From contig CM069148.1 of the NCBI GenBank assembly GCA_035221665.1, forward strand, positions 21,452,001 through 21,516,000: a stretch of DNA of 64,000 nt, read 5' to 3'. Source of the DNA: Okamejei kenojei (Eukaryota). Made by a program: the position numbers and the translations under genes. The notes beneath the pieces were generated by a model. That model worked only from the letters and a program-made list of their open reading frames with translations. It was not told where the DNA came from and did not search any database. Shown piece after piece: positions 1-13,548 of the stretch. The first letter of the stretch is position 1. Each line of letters starts with the position of its first letter.

Positions 1-329
1 TATATAACAATATGGAGGCTGTGGCACCCATCAATTGGTCTATGTTTGAACTAATCTCAGGATGGCCTGCATTGTTCCCCCAACACTTCCCCTTCAACAT
101 TGCACCTCAACTTCAATACAGTTAGAATGGAGCTAATCTTCTGAACTATTAGAAAACAATTCACAATCTAAAGATCACTCCAACACCTGGAGACATCGTA
201 CGATGTACAGAAATTGCATATGTTTGCGCACATTGGTGGTTGCAAACCATCATAGACTCGTGAACTTAAGCATATGGGAGGATTAGCTGTACCCACACAT
301 CCACAAGGCAAAAGGTCCTCGACCAACCT

Positions 330-760
330 GTCCCCACTGCATCATAATAGCCTCCAACAATAAAAAATCATCATGAGGCTCTGGAAAAGATGGACTGCTT
401 CCTGTATCTCAGATGCCAACTCCCCGGGAAGGCAGGCATCAGTGATGAAATATCACCACCAGTTGGCCATTTTGGTCAAATGAGGAAAAGATGTTTGAAA
501 ATTACAACCTCAACATGCCACAAAACTCATGGTCTGAAGAGATCATGCCCATTCTTCTGGGTGGTCAACAGTAGACATCTCAAAGCACTGGATGAAATAT
601 CACAAACACTGCCTCTGATAAATCTTCCAAATTAATTGGAAGGATAATCAAACCAACATCACTGTTCCCCTCTGAGGCCAACATCCCCCAGCATCTAGGC
701 TGTTATATTCAGACAGCTACATTGGGCAAACAATGTCATTTGTACACCCAACATCAGACC
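330..760 (+). mobile_element. Old, degraded LINE reverse-transcriptase C-terminal remnant (RTE-like)
   Basis: Decayed reading frames resemble an RTE-type RT C-terminus (FLYL..., DEI..., FG.MRKR, QL.W...). There are many stops and indels; boundaries are approximate. Confidence 0.4.
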
Positions 761-1164
761 CCATTACTGTTAAATCTGGTTGATTTTAGATTCCAGTCCA
801 CAGCCTTAATAAGCAAGTTTGTTCAAAAACTGTTAAGTATGGATGATAATGGCTCTTAAAGATAGCGAAGTCAGGGGATATGGGGAGAAGGCAGGAACAG
901 GGTACTGATTAGGGATGATCAGCCATGATCACATTGATTGGTGGTGCTGGCTCAAAGGGCCGAATGGCCTACTCCTGCACCTATTGTCTATAGTGACGCT
1001 TAAGAGGCTTTTAGATAGGTCCATGGATGGAGAGATATGGATCATGTGCAGGCAGATGAGATTAATTTATCTTGGCATCATGTGGTGTACTGTTCATTGT
1101 TCTATATCTTGTGAATGAATAAAAAGAGATTATTGTTTTTATCCAATCTGACGGAGTGGCATAC

Positions 1165-4100
1165 CTTTTTTAAGATGTATAAATGATAAATATATAGGTA
1201 AAAAAAAGGGATGAGGTCCTACAAGGTGAATTTAGGGAGCTAGGAGATAAACTTAAAAGTAGGACCTCAAAGGTAGTAATCTCCGGATTACTACCAGTAC
1301 CACGGGCCAGTCAGAGTAGAAATAGGAGGATAATGCAAATGAATACGTGGCTTGAAAAGTGGTGCAAGGGGGAGGGATTCAAATTTTTAGGGCACTGGGA
1401 CCAGTTCTGGGGGAGGTGGGACCGGTACAAACAGGACGGTTTGCACCTGGAATGGAATGGAACCAATGTTCTTGGGGGAGTGTTTGCTAGTGCTGTCGTG
1501 GAGGATTTAAACTAATGTGGCAGGGGGATGGGTACAAGAGCAGAGAGGCAGGAGGGTGTAAAATGAGGGTAGAAGCATTAGGTAGCAAGGTGAAAGGTAA
1601 AAGTGGCAGGCAGACAAAACCAGGGCAAAAATCAAAAAGGGCCACTTTTCAGCAAAATTGTATAAGGGGTAAATGCGTTGTAAAGACAAGCCTGAAGGCT
1701 TTGTGTCTCAATGCAAGGAGTATTCGTAATAAGGTGGACGAGTTGAACGTGCAGATAGATATTAATGATTATGATATAGTTGGGATCACGGAGACATGGC
1801 TCCAGGGTGACGTAGGCTGGGAGCTGAACATCCAGGGATATTCAATATTCAGGAGGGATAGAGAGAAAGGAAAAGGAGGTGGGGTAGCGTTGCTGGTTAG
1901 AGAGGAGATTAAAGCAATGGAAAGGAAGGACATTAGCTTGGAGGATGTGGAATCGGTATGGGTAGAGCTACAAAACACTAAGGGGCAGAAAACGCTGGTA
2001 GGTGTTGTGTACAGGCCACCTAACAGTAGCAGAGAAGTTGGCGATGGTATCAAACAGGAAATTAGAAATGCGTGCGACAAAGGCAAAACAGTTATAATGG
2101 GTGACTTCAATCTACATATAGATTGGGTTAATCAAATTGGCAGGGGTGCTGAGGAAGAGGATTTTTTGGAATGTATGCGGGATAGTTATCTAAATCAACA
2201 TGTAGAGGAACCAACGAGAGAGCAGGCTATTTTAGACTGGGTTTTGAGTAATGAGGAAGGGGTAATTAGCCGTCTTGTTGTACGTGCCCCCTTGGGCAAG
2301 AGTGACCATAATATGGTTGAGTTCTTCATTAGGATGGAGAGTGACATTGTTAATTCAGAAACAATGGTTCTGAACTTAAAGAAAGGTAACTTTGAGGGTA
2401 TGAGACGTGAATTGGCCAAGATTGACTGGCAATTAATTCTAAAAGGGTTGACGGTGGATATACAATGGAAGACATTTAAAGACTGCATGGATGAACTACA
2501 AAAATTGTTCATCCCAGTTTGGCAAAAGAATAAATCGGGGAAGGTAGTGCATCCGTGGATAACAAGGGAAATCAGGGATAGTATCAAAGCAAAGGATGAT
2601 GCGTACAAAGTAGCCAGAAAAAGCAGCATACCAGAGGACTGGGAGAAATTCAGAGACCAGCAGAGGAGGACAAAGGGCTTAATTAGGAAAGGAAAAATAG
2701 ATTATGAAAGAAAACTGGCAGGGAACATAAAAACTGACTGCAAAAGTTTTTATAGATATGTGAAGAGAAAGAGGTTAGTTAAAACAAATGTAGGTCCCTT
2801 GCAGTCAGAAACGGGTGAGTTGATCATGGGGAACAAGGATATGGCGGACCAATTGAATAACTACTTTGGTTCCGTCTTCACTAAGGAAGACATAAATAAT
2901 CTACCTGAAATAGCAGGGGACTGTGGGTCAAAGGAGGAATTGAGTGAAATCCAGGTCAGTCGGGAAGTGGTGTTGGGTAAATTGAATAGATTAAAGGCCG
3001 ATAAATCCCCAGGGCCAGATAGGCTGCATCCCAGAGTACTTAAGGAAGTAGCTCAGGAAATAGTGGATGCATTAGTGATAATCTTTCAAAACTCTTTAGA
3101 TTCTGGAGTAGTTCCTGAGGATTGGCGGGTAGCAAATGTAACCCCTCTTTTTAAGAAGGGAGGGAGAGAGAAAACGGGGAATTACAGACCAGTTAGTCTA
3201 ACATCGGTAGTGGGGAAACTGCTAGAGTCAGTTATTAAAGATGGGATAGCAGCACATTTGGAAAGTGGTGAAATCATTGGACAAAGTCAGCATGGATTTA
3301 CAAAAGGTAAATCATGTCTGACGAATCTTGTGGAATTTTTCGAGGATGTAACTAGTAGCGTGGATAAGGGAGAACCAGTGGATGTGGTATATCTGGACTT
3401 CCAGAAGGCTTTCGACAAGGTCCCACATAAGAGATTAGTATACAAACTTAAAGCATACGGTATTAGGGGTTCAGTATTGATGTGGATAGAGAACTGGCTG
3501 GCAAACAGGAAGCAAAGAGTAGGAGTAAACGGGTCCTTTTCACAATGGCAGGCAGTAACTAGTGGGGTACCGCAGGGCTCAGTGCTGGGACCCCAGCTAT
3601 TTACAATATATATTAATGATCTGGATGAGGGAATTGAAGGCAATATCTCCAAGTTTGCGGATGACACTAAGCTGGGGGGCAGTGTTCGCTGTGAGGAGGA
3701 TGCTAGGAGACTGCAAGGTGACTTGGATAGGCTGGGTGAGTGGGCAAATGTTTGGCAGATGCAGTATAATGTGGATAAATGTGAGGTTATCCACTTTGGT
3801 GGCAAAAACAGGAAAGCAGACTATTATTTAAATGGTGGCCGATTAGGAAAAGGGGAGATGCAGCGAGACCTGGGTGTCATGGTACACCAGTCATTGAAAG
3901 TAGGCATGCAGGTGCAGCAGGCAGTGAAAAAAGCGAATGGTATGTTAGCTTTCATAGCAAAAGGATTTGAGTACAGGAGCAGGGAGGTTCTACTTCAGTT
4001 GTACAGGGTCTTGGTGAGACCACACCTGGAGTATTGCGTGCAGTTTTGGTCTCCAAATCTGAGGAAGGACATTATTGCCATAGAGGGAGTGCAGAGAAGG

Positions 4101-4717
4101 TTCACCAGACTGATTCCTGGGATGTCAGGACTGTCTTATGAAGAAAGACTGGATAGACTCGGTTTATACTCTCTGGAATTTAGGAGATTAAGAGGGGATC
4201 TTATAGAAACTTACAAAAATTCTTAAGGGGTTGGACAGGCTAGATGCAGGAAGATTGTTCCCGATGTTGGGGAAGTCCAGGACAAGGGGTCACAGCTTAA
4301 GGATAAGGGGGAAATCCTTTAAGACCGAGATGAGAAAGACTTTCTTCACACAGAGAGTGGTGAGTCTCTGGAACTCTCTGCCACAGAGGGTAGTTGAGGC
4401 CAGTTCATTGGCTATATTTAAGAGTGAGTTGGATGTGGCCCTTGTGGCTAAGGGGATCAGAGGGTATGGAGAGAAAGCAGGTACGGGATACTGAGTTGGA
4501 TGATCAGCCATGATCATATTGAATGGCGGTGCAGGCTCGAAGGGCTGAATGGCCTACTCCTGCACCTAATTTCTATGTTTCTATGTATAAATGATTCTAG
4601 AAATTCCTCATATGTTTGTTCATGGCTCCTGCAGAACCTTTCTAAAACATCACAGGTTATTTCTTCCTTCTCCATTGTTTGTGATCCTGACAACAATGGT
4701 ATGTCTGGTGCATTATC
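1165..4717 (-). CDS. IFTAP: IFTAP (C11orf74/NWC) first coding exon, split by a CR1 insertion: 5' part 4717..4583, 3' part 1174..1165
   Basis: The - strand acceptor is ctttccatttcag|4717 and the ATG is at 4675. Translation MEKEEITCDVLERFCRSHEQTY-EEFLESFIH matches the IFTAP N-terminus ([33 protein letters not shown]). Beyond the LINE the frame resumes as LKK-G followed by a donor gtatgc (GT at 1164-1163). Its position antisense to RAG2 is as expected for NWC. Confidence 0.85.
1188..4582 (+). mobile_element. Young 5'-truncated CR1-clade LINE with a 13-bp TSD
   Basis: It has the 3' end of ORF1 (SGNH-esterase-like, DGLHL, to 1515), ORF2, a 3' UTR and a (TTTCTATG)n tail. ATGTATAAATGAT is duplicated at 1175-1187 and 4583-4595. 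Confidence 0.95.
1515..4494 (+). CDS. CR1 ORF2 (APE endonuclease plus reverse transcriptase), one frameshift near 4215-4220
   Basis: The 903-aa ORF has NARSI, ITETWL, GDFN, SDHN (APE) and YRPVSL, GVPQGS, FADD (RT). The C-terminus continues in ORF 4231..4494 after an extra A in tacaaaaatt. Confidence 0.92.
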
Positions 4718-5534
4718 CTGAAATGGAAAGAAGTATAGTTAGAGATATAGCATTCAATAATTTCAAACAAAAAACCAAATTCATTTTAAGTAAGTGTAAG
4801 GTGAAGAGTTGAATCCATTCTCATCCCATTATTTCTAAACATTGATAATTCAGGAATTATGGAGAAACATATTTATACTAAAGTATAGAAATTAAATAAA
4901 ACTAGTGGTAAATTAAGGAAAGTATGAACAATTGATATCCCCTTATCTTTAGAGAGCATGAATGAAAAGGGAAATAATTTATGTGACTGTTGTCTGAAAG
5001 TATAGATAGAATCAGATTTAGAGTATCCAGTTAAGTTTGAGACGCTGTTTCTCAGTAAGGATATATTGAGCTATGTTGGTCTTTGGTGAGTGAAAGGGGA
5101 GAGGAAACACAATGGTGGTGCATACAGATTTACCAGAATGATATAGGGATGAAAACAGGTGGCACCACTGAAGCTTATCTTCTTTGACTAAAGATTAGAG
5201 GTGATCTAATTGATGTGCCTGAGATAAGCAAAGATGTGCTGTGTTTTCTTCTATGGGGAAAGTCCAAAACACTGGCATAACTTTACAAATAGAGATGTGG
5301 CATTAAAATGTCAATAAAAGAAGAGGGCCATACACTTTCATGGACCTGCTTCTTCAATCGATAAGACCATGGTCAAACATTTATCTCAACTTCACTTTCC
5401 CAGCTTGCCACCAAGACGCTACTAACTCTAGCTTAATTGGAACTTTCAAAGTTGAGAAAATTAGATTTAGATGTTAAATAAGGTATTACAGGTAACAGAT
5501 TGATGCCACTGAAATAAAGATAAATTTCATACCC

Positions 5535-6176
5535 GCACGGGAGACTGGTGACTAAAATTAGAGCACATGGTATTGAGGATAGGGTGTTGACATGGATAGA
5601 AAATTGGTTGGCAGACCGGAAGCAAAAGTAGGAGTGAACGGGTCCTTTTCAGAATGGCAGGCAGTGGCGAGTGGAATGCCGCAAGGCTCGGTGTTGGGGC
5701 CGCAACTGTTTACTATATATATTAATGATTTGGAATAGGGAATTAGGAACAACATTAGCAAGTTTGCGGATGACACAAAGCTGGGTGGCAGTGTTATCTG
5801 TGAAGAGGATGTTAGGAGGTTGCAGGGGGACCTGGACAGGTTGAGTGAGTGGGCAGATGCAGTATAATATTGATAAATGTGAGGTTATCCACTTTGGCGG
5901 CAAAAACAAGGGGGCAGATTATTATCTCAATGGGGTTTGGTTAGGTAAGGCGGAGGTACACCGGTCACTGAACGTTGGCTTACAGGTACAGCAGGCAGTG
6001 AAGAAAGCTAATGGAATGTTGGCCTCCTAATTTGAGGAAGGACATTCTTGTGATTGAGGCAGTGTAGCGTAGGTTCACGAGATTGATCCCTGGGATGGCA
6101 ATGAATGGCGGTGCTGGCTCGAATGGCCGAATGGCCTCCTCCTGCACCTATTTTCTACGTCTATGTTTCTATGTTT
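5535..6176 (+). mobile_element. CR1 3' fragment with internal deletions
   Basis: It has the PQGSVLGP and FADD regions and a TTTCTATG tail. Confidence 0.85.
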
Positions 6177-6355
6177 CATCCATGATCTAGCTGAATGCAG
6201 CACCAAACTCCACGGTTTCTATGAGGCAGAGTTTCATCGATGAAATAATACTTCCAATAATATAGCACTCTCTAAATAGCACTTCCAGACTTGTGTCACG
6301 TTAAACCATAGTTCCCTTGTTTAAAAATGTACCACCAAGTAAACAAAGCAAACAT

Positions 6356-9300
6356 CAAGTCAAGTCAAGTCAAGTCAGGTTTATTTGTCACATACACATA
6401 CAAGATGTGCAGTGAAATGAAAGTGCCAATGCCAGCGGCTTGTGCAAAAAACTACAGAACAGAATCAGTAATTACATATTAGAAAAAAAAACAGCAATTT
6501 TTAAGAAGACACAACATAACAGTCCCTGGTGAGATAAGTTTACAGTTCTAATGGCCTGTGGGAAGAAACTCCGTCTCATCCTCTCTGTTATCACAGCATG
6601 ACAGCGGAGGCGTTCACCTGACCGTAGCAGCTGGAACAAACCATTGCTGGGGTGGTAGGGGTCCCCCATAATGTTGCTGGCTCTGGATCTGCACCTCTGA
6701 TGTATTGGTCCTGCAGGGGAGCGAGTGTAGTTCCCATAGTGCGTTCGGCCGAACGCACTACTCTCTGCAAAGCCTTCTTGTCCTGGGCAGAGCAGTTCCC
6801 AAACCAGATTGTGATGTTGCCAGACAAAATGCTTTCTACAGCCGCTGAGTAGAAGCACTGAAAGATCCTCAGAGAGCCTCAGAATTTCTTCAACTGCATG
6901 AGGTAAAGGTGCTGCCTTGCCTTACTCACCAGTGCGGCAGCGTGTAATGTCCATGTCAGATCCTCTGTGATGTGGACTCTCAAGTATTTAAATCAGCTCA
7001 CCCTGTCCACAGTAGCCCCATTTATCTTCAGTGGCGTATACGTCCTCGGATGTTGTGCCTTCCTAAAGTCCACGATCAGCTCCTTAGTTTTTTTGACATT
7101 CAAGAGGAGGCTGTTGTCCTGACACCAGAGTGCCAGATTAACCACCTCATCCCGGTAGGCGGTCTCATTATTATCGGAGATCAGGCCCACCACCACAGTG
7201 TCGTCAGCAAACTTGATTATAGAGTTGGAGCTGAACCTGGCCACACAGTCATGTGTATAGGGAGTACAATAGGGGACTGAGGACGCAACCCTGGGGAGAT
7301 CCTGTGTTCAGGGTGAGGGTCTTCGATGCATTTCCTCCCATCTTCACTACCTGCGGCCTGGTAGTGAGGAGGTCCAGGACCCAGGCACACAGAGAAGTGT
7401 TAAGCCCCATTTCCAGCAGCTTCTCAGCAAGTCTGGTGGGGACTATTATGTTGAAGGCTGAACTGTGGTCAATGAACAGCATCCTCACATAGCCTCCCTT
7501 CTGGCTGACAAGGTGAGAGAGCGGTATGTAGGACCTGGGAGACCGCATCGTCCGTGGATCTGTTCGGACGGCATGCGAACTGTAGCGGGTACATGTTGTG
7601 AGGGTGGAAGGCGCAGATGTGGTTCTTGACCAGCCTCTCGAAGCATTTCATGACTACCGAGGTGAGGGCCACCGGTCGATAGTCATTCAAATATGCTGGA
7701 GAGGCATTATTTGGTACAGGTACAATTATGGATCTTTTGAAGCAGGCAGGGACCACGGACTTGGCCAGGGAGAGGTTAAATATTGTAGTGAGCACTGGAG
7801 CTAGCTGAGTAGCACAAGACTTAAGTACTCGCCCAGATATGCCATCTGGCCTACAGCTTTCCTCGTGGTCACATGTGTCAGAGCCCTCCTCACGTCGTGC
7901 TCGGACAATGAAATGTGTGCCCATCCCCAGCAGAGGACCTCCCTTAACCTCGCTAGCCAGCGCGCTGGCGGTGTTGTTGTTAGCCAGCGAGCTAGGGGTG
8001 ATGTTGCCCGTCTCGAAACGTGCGTAGAAAGAGTTCAGATCATCAGCTAGGGATTTGCCGGCACTTCCTGTAGAGGGGGGGGGGCTGCTCCGGTAGTTAG
8101 TTATAGTCCGTAGCCCCTGCCAAAGGCATTTGGTGTCCTGCTGCTCCATCTGCGACTCCATCATGTCCCTGTACCTTCTTTTTGCGTCCTTCACCGCCTT
8201 TCGCAGTGATGTCCGTGACCACTTCCGCGAACTCACTGACGTCCCTGGAACTTGCTTGGAACATATTCCAGTCGACATCGGTCAGTGCATCCTGCAGCAT
8301 GGCCTCTGACTGGTCAGACCACCGCTTTACGTCCCTCGCCACTGCCGCTTACTGTACTGTCTGTTGTTTATTCTCTGGCAGCAGGAAAATGAGTGTGGTC
8401 AGATTTTCCAACTGGAGGGAGTGAAACGGCCTTGTAGCCTTTCCTGAACGGCATTCAGCAATGGTCCAAAGTTCTTTCCACCATGGTGGCACATGTGATA
8501 TGTTGGCAGAAGTTAGGCATGACCTTTTTGAGATTTGAATTATTAAAATCTCCAGCCACCACCATAGCCGCATCCGGGTTCTTGTTTTCGTGTCGACATA
8601 GCATATCGTGTAGGGCCGATAGTGCCACTTCTGTGTCTGCATGCGGTGGAATGTAGACGGCAGTGATGATCACTGAGCTGAACTCACAGGGAAGGTAGAA
8701 TGGACGGCATGAGATCGTCAGATGCTCCAGGTCTGGCGAGCAGGAGCGGGAAAGCGTCTTAATATTTCCAGGGTTGCACCAGTTATTATTGGTCATGACT
8801 CCTCCACCCTTGGATTTCCCAGATTCTTCGGTTCTGTCTGCACAGTAAACAGTGAAGGACTCGGTTGGGCACATTACCTGATCCGGCACCAGCGAGGTCA
8901 GCCATGTCTCGGTCAACAGAGGATGTTACAGTCCCTTATGTCCCGCTGGAATCTGATCCTCGCCCTGAGGTCATCCAGCTTGTTCTCCAGGAACTGGACG
9001 TTCGCCAGATGAATGCTGGGCAGAGGTGAACGGAAGGCTTGGGCTCTCAGCCTATTCCGAATCCCCCCCCCTCCCCCCGCTTGCCCCAATGTTTTCTCCA
9101 GGTTTTTCTAGGAGCCGCGCTCCCATTGTTGTTGCCGCGGCACGCTCTGTTGATCTCTGTCGGCCACGCTGGATCGATGAGTACAATGTTTAAAAAGTCT
9201 CCGGTTACGCTAAAGTTTAGTTTTACAAGAGTTTCCCAGTCGTGCGTTGTTAGTGCTAGAGTGTTAGTACTTAGAAATAAATTTAAAACGAACATGCAAG

Positions 9301-9362
9301 TTAAAAATGCGCAGTTTCTGCGGAGCTACAACAACGGCGACTGGACCCGGCCGCGCCATCTT
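6356..9362 (-). mobile_element. Near full-length, frameshifted Rex1/Babar-type LINE
   Basis: It has an APE domain (TETWL, VAGDFN; 8455..8916), RT ([25 protein letters not shown]; 6993..8278), a (CTTGA)n tail at 6356-6375 and a 5' end AAGATGGCG. Confidence 0.85.
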
Positions 9363-9403
9363 TGGTATTTGCAGACCTCGAGTAACCCATTCATTAATAA
9401 CGC

Positions 9404-9500
9404 AGTCTGAAGAAGATTCTCAACCTGAAACGTCACCCATTCCTTCTCTCCAGAGATGCTGCCTGTCCTGCTGAGTTACTCCAGCATTTTGTGTCCATCT
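9404..9500 (+). repeat. Penelope-derived short repeat (pLTR end)
   Basis: CTGAAGA...GAAACGTCACCCATTCCTTCTCTCCAGAGATGCTGCC recurs at least 10 times in the window. Confidence 0.7.
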
Positions 9501-9993
9501 ATTGACTAGATATTCTTTTAATTCATAATCACTGAGTGGGAACTATTCCGAACATAACTGATTATTTGATATCATAATGTGACATTACACAAACAGGATA
9601 GTAAAGGAGTAAACAAATTCATGACCAATTTGAATTTTTTTTTAAAAATAAAGATATTAAATGTATATGCAATGATCTAGCTACAGTGTGAAGTACCAGA
9701 GTTGCAAGGTAGCAGCAAAGATCGATTTTCCATTATTCTATGAGCCAACATATCATTAACCTTCCCAATTTCCTCCGGTATGCCTTTGTGTTTCACAGCA
9801 AGAACCCCCAGATCTAATTCTATCATGTAATTTTGTAGTCTCAATCTGTTTGTTTTTTAATTTGTTTTCTCATTCTTTCTTCCAAAGTGGATTATTTCAC
9901 AGTTCACAATTCCCCACATTATATTCCATCTACCAAATTCTTGCACGCTCACTTAACCTATATGCATATAGTTGCAAACTCTAATGTTTCATA

Positions 9994-10280
9994 TGCCCCG
10001 TCCCACTTAGGAAACCTGAACGGAAACCTCTGGAGACTTTGCGTCCCACCCAAGGTTTCCGTGCGGGTTCCCGGAGGTTCCCGGAGGTTTTTGTCAGACT
10101 CCCTAATGGTCGAAAGTGGTTTCCGCTTCTTCTATGTTCCGGCAATTATTTCAATAAATTCAAAACCGGTCGCAACAAAAAATAGGTTGCGGTTTTAAAA
10201 ATCAGTCATTTTTTAGTCGAAGCCAGTTGCGATGCTAGTTGAAGGTGGTTGCCGGAGGTTGCAGGTAGTGGAAGGTAAGA
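9994..10280. mobile_element. Partial PIF/Harbinger-like MITE
   Basis: It starts with GCCCCGTCCCACT, resembling the TIR of the other MITEs here. No right TIR is visible. Confidence 0.5.
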
Positions 10281-10289
10281 CCTTTTTTT

Positions 10290-13200
10290 CACCCAGTTTT
10301 ATTCCACCAGGGAGGATTTCGGGACTGCTGATAATGTGACGAAAGTCCCATCATTGGGCAAAATTCTTGAAGCACTGGCTGGTGAACTGGCTTCCATTGT
10401 CAGACAGGTGTTTTGCGGGCGCCCCATGACTTGAAAAGTCTTGCGCTAGTTTTTTAACTACCACTGGGAAGCAGATCGATCTTAAACCAGCCCAAGTACG
10501 AGTTGACCAGAACCAGGTACTGTTTACTACGTCATTCAAAAATGTCTGTTGCCATGTAGGGCAGGGACTGGGTGAGGGAGAAGCGGCTGCTTGGGTTGAT
10601 GGGGCACCAGGCTATTGCAGATCGCGCAGGCTTCTACCTTCTGTCGTATAAACTCGGTCATTCCGGGCTAGAAAAACGTGCCGGATGATCGAGGACAGGG
10701 ACTGTAGGGTGTCATCGGCTGCTGTCTGGGCAGCCAAGGCGTCCAGGCACTCTGTGGAAAGGTATGACACTGTCATCACAATGTAGGTGTCGTTGTCTGA
10801 TGGTTGTTGCTCGCAGGTCTTGCGTGGGGCTCTGGATAGGGATAGAGTGTCAGCTAGGTGCATCTCTTTGCCTGGTTAGTAAACTAGTTTGATATCATAC
10901 CTTTAAAGCTGCATCATCATCCGCTGCAGCCGGGCAGGAGCAGCATGGATTAGCTTGTTCAAAATGCTGATCAGGGGCTGGTGGTCTGTTTCAACAGTCA
11001 CAGTCTTTCCAAAAATAAAGTCTTTGAATTTCCCACAGGTGATTTGAGCATAGCGTTGCTCAGTTTCAGACATTTTGCGAGAGGCATATGCCACGGATCT
11101 ATTGTCACCTTCACTGGTGCTCTGAAGACAGGCAGCACCCAATACGTACTGGGAAGCATCACAGGTTAACGTTACAGGCAGTTTTACATCAAAGTAAACC
11201 AGTCGGGGCACAGGACAACTGCTGTTTTAGGGTATTGAATTCTCCCTGGTGTTGTGTGTACCAGGACCAGGTTGCTTTCGTTTGTGTTAGCTGCCGCAGT
11301 GGTGCTGACAGCTCGCTGATGTTCGGAATGAACTTACCCAGGTAATTCACCATGCCTAGGAATATTTGAAGGCTAGTTACGTCTGTGGGAACCGGCAGTT
11401 CGTTGATGGCAATGATCTTGGAAGGATCTGGTTTGTATCCATCACCAGTGAAAACGTGTCCCACTTCCCTGACATGAAATCTGCATTTTGGGGGGTTGAT
11501 CTTGAGGTTCTTGACCTTGGCACGATCCAGTACTTTCTTTAAATTGGCATATTGGAACTGCCTGTAGCAGCCAAAAGCTGTGCCAAAAGTGGTTAGTTCA
11601 GACGATTTGTGGTCTAATGCCAGAATGAACTTTTGGCATCAAAAACAGAAAACACAGTCGCGTTGCCCAAGTGTGCTGCTACCTCTTCTACTGTGTGCAT
11701 TGGGTAGTGCGGGCGCTTGATCGCAGTATTCAGATCTCTGGGGTTGATACAGATTCGTATTTCATCTTTGTTTTTCTTGGGGCCGCTACCATAGTTGAGA
11801 CCCAATCCGATGGGTCGTTGACTGCAGCGATGATGCCTAGGGATTCCATTCTTTGAAGTTCGTTTTGTACGCGGTCGCACATGGCGTGCGGAAGTCAGTG
11901 AGGGGCTCACACAACGGGCATTATGTCAGGGTCAGTTACAATAGAGTACTTGAGGGGTAGTTTGCCAGGTTTGTTATCGGAGAGTTCCTTGTACTGGGAG
12001 AGAATCTGTTCAGTGGTATCTTGGGCAGGGGAAAGTTGGTGTACTTCTTCTGCAAGGCTTACCAATCCCAGATCCTGACAGGCATCAATACCGAGTAGGG
12101 TTGTTACATTTCCTGGGACAATGAAAAAGTTCAGCTTGTGCATACGTGTCGCTAGGTGGCACTGCAGGTCAGCCCTGCCAACAGGGTGAACCTCTCCTCC
12201 TCCAGAGGGAATTAACGAGCTTTTTGTGTTTACAACAATTTATGCCTTTCTGACCCTGGAAAACTCGGCCAGAGACAATAACATTACAGCGAGCCCCAGT
12301 GTCGATCTTTGCCACAGCAGTTGTCTTATTGATTCGAAATGTGATTTCAGGGTCTCATAGTTTACATGAAATCTCGGATAGAGAATGTATGTTTAGGCTG
12401 GAAATATCAGGTTCCAACAAATTCCCACAAGGAGACAGCACAGCTTGAGCTGGATCGGTCAAGCCGTGGGAACCATCTTGTTGGAGCAGATTTACCTACT
12501 GTTTGGGTTCTGTACGATTTCTGCGGGCACGACTGCGCCAAATAAAGTGGTTTCTTCGTATATAGGAGTGGCAAACTTTCCCGTAGGCTGGGCATTGCTA
12601 GCGGTCAGCGGAGTGAGAACCACAGTTATTACATTGAATAAGAACCTCACTGGGCTGTCTCTCTTCTGGTGTCAGGCATGGGGCACAGTAGAACGGGTTG
12701 GCAACACTCACATGGTACGCTGACTGCGGACCCAGCCCTGCGAGGGGAATATGAGAGTCAGTAGCTTCAGCAATGCGGCAGACATTCTCTGCTCCGATGA
12801 GAGTTAAATCAGCATCCCGTAGTAGTTCACTTTTCACTTTATCATTCAAGATGCCACTCACCAGGCTATCGCGGACAAGCTTGTCACACAGGTCTCCAAA
12901 ACGACACCGGCTCGCAATGTGTTTTATGGTACTGATGTAAGCCTCGACAGGCTCGCCAGGGAGCTAGTTTCTTTGATAGAATTTGTTGCGTTCCATAACC
13001 ATGTTGGTCTGAAGTTCACACAGGTTTCTGAACTTGGTCATTCGACAGACTGGGTCGTTTATAGACTTTTGAGGGGTGATCTCCTCATTGTTGTCATCCA
13101 TTATAGTCGGGGCATATTGGAATTGCTCAGCTCGTTGAATAACTTCAGATCTAGCGATGTTGAGAAGTACAGCAGCTATCTGGTCTGGAGGCGCTCCGCG

Positions 13201-13548
13201 ATGGGCAGCTCGAATGTAGACATTGAAATCCCTTTCAAAAATCTGCCAATGCTTACTGAGGTCGGCATCGAAAACTAGGGGGTCGAGCTTCTTAAACGAT
13301 TGAGCCATGGGAAGTGGGAAGGGGGAAAAAATACTGAGGAATGAAAATGAAAAAACGATAAACTAGGAGCAGAATGTGTCCAAAAACTCTGACATCATGT
13401 CGAGCTATTAACAAATACTCCAAGTAGCAATACAACAAGTTTATTAGCATATAATAATCGTTAGTTATATAAGGTGACTGTATGGAAAACCCGGACTGGA
13501 TTATATATCCGAATGGTGTGCGTTAGTATTTGGTAGAGCAGATCTACA
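10290..13548 (-). mobile_element. Degenerate Gypsy/Ty3 LTR retrotransposon, 3'-truncated
   Basis: The order is gag (13308..12598), protease (KIDTG, about 12300), RT (RICINPRDLN, VFDAKSSFW), RNase H (CDASQY, ETDHQPL) and integrase (SDNGSQF). The putative 5' LTR is TG...CA at 13548..13398, followed by a PBS-like TGATGTCAGA. Confidence 0.88.
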
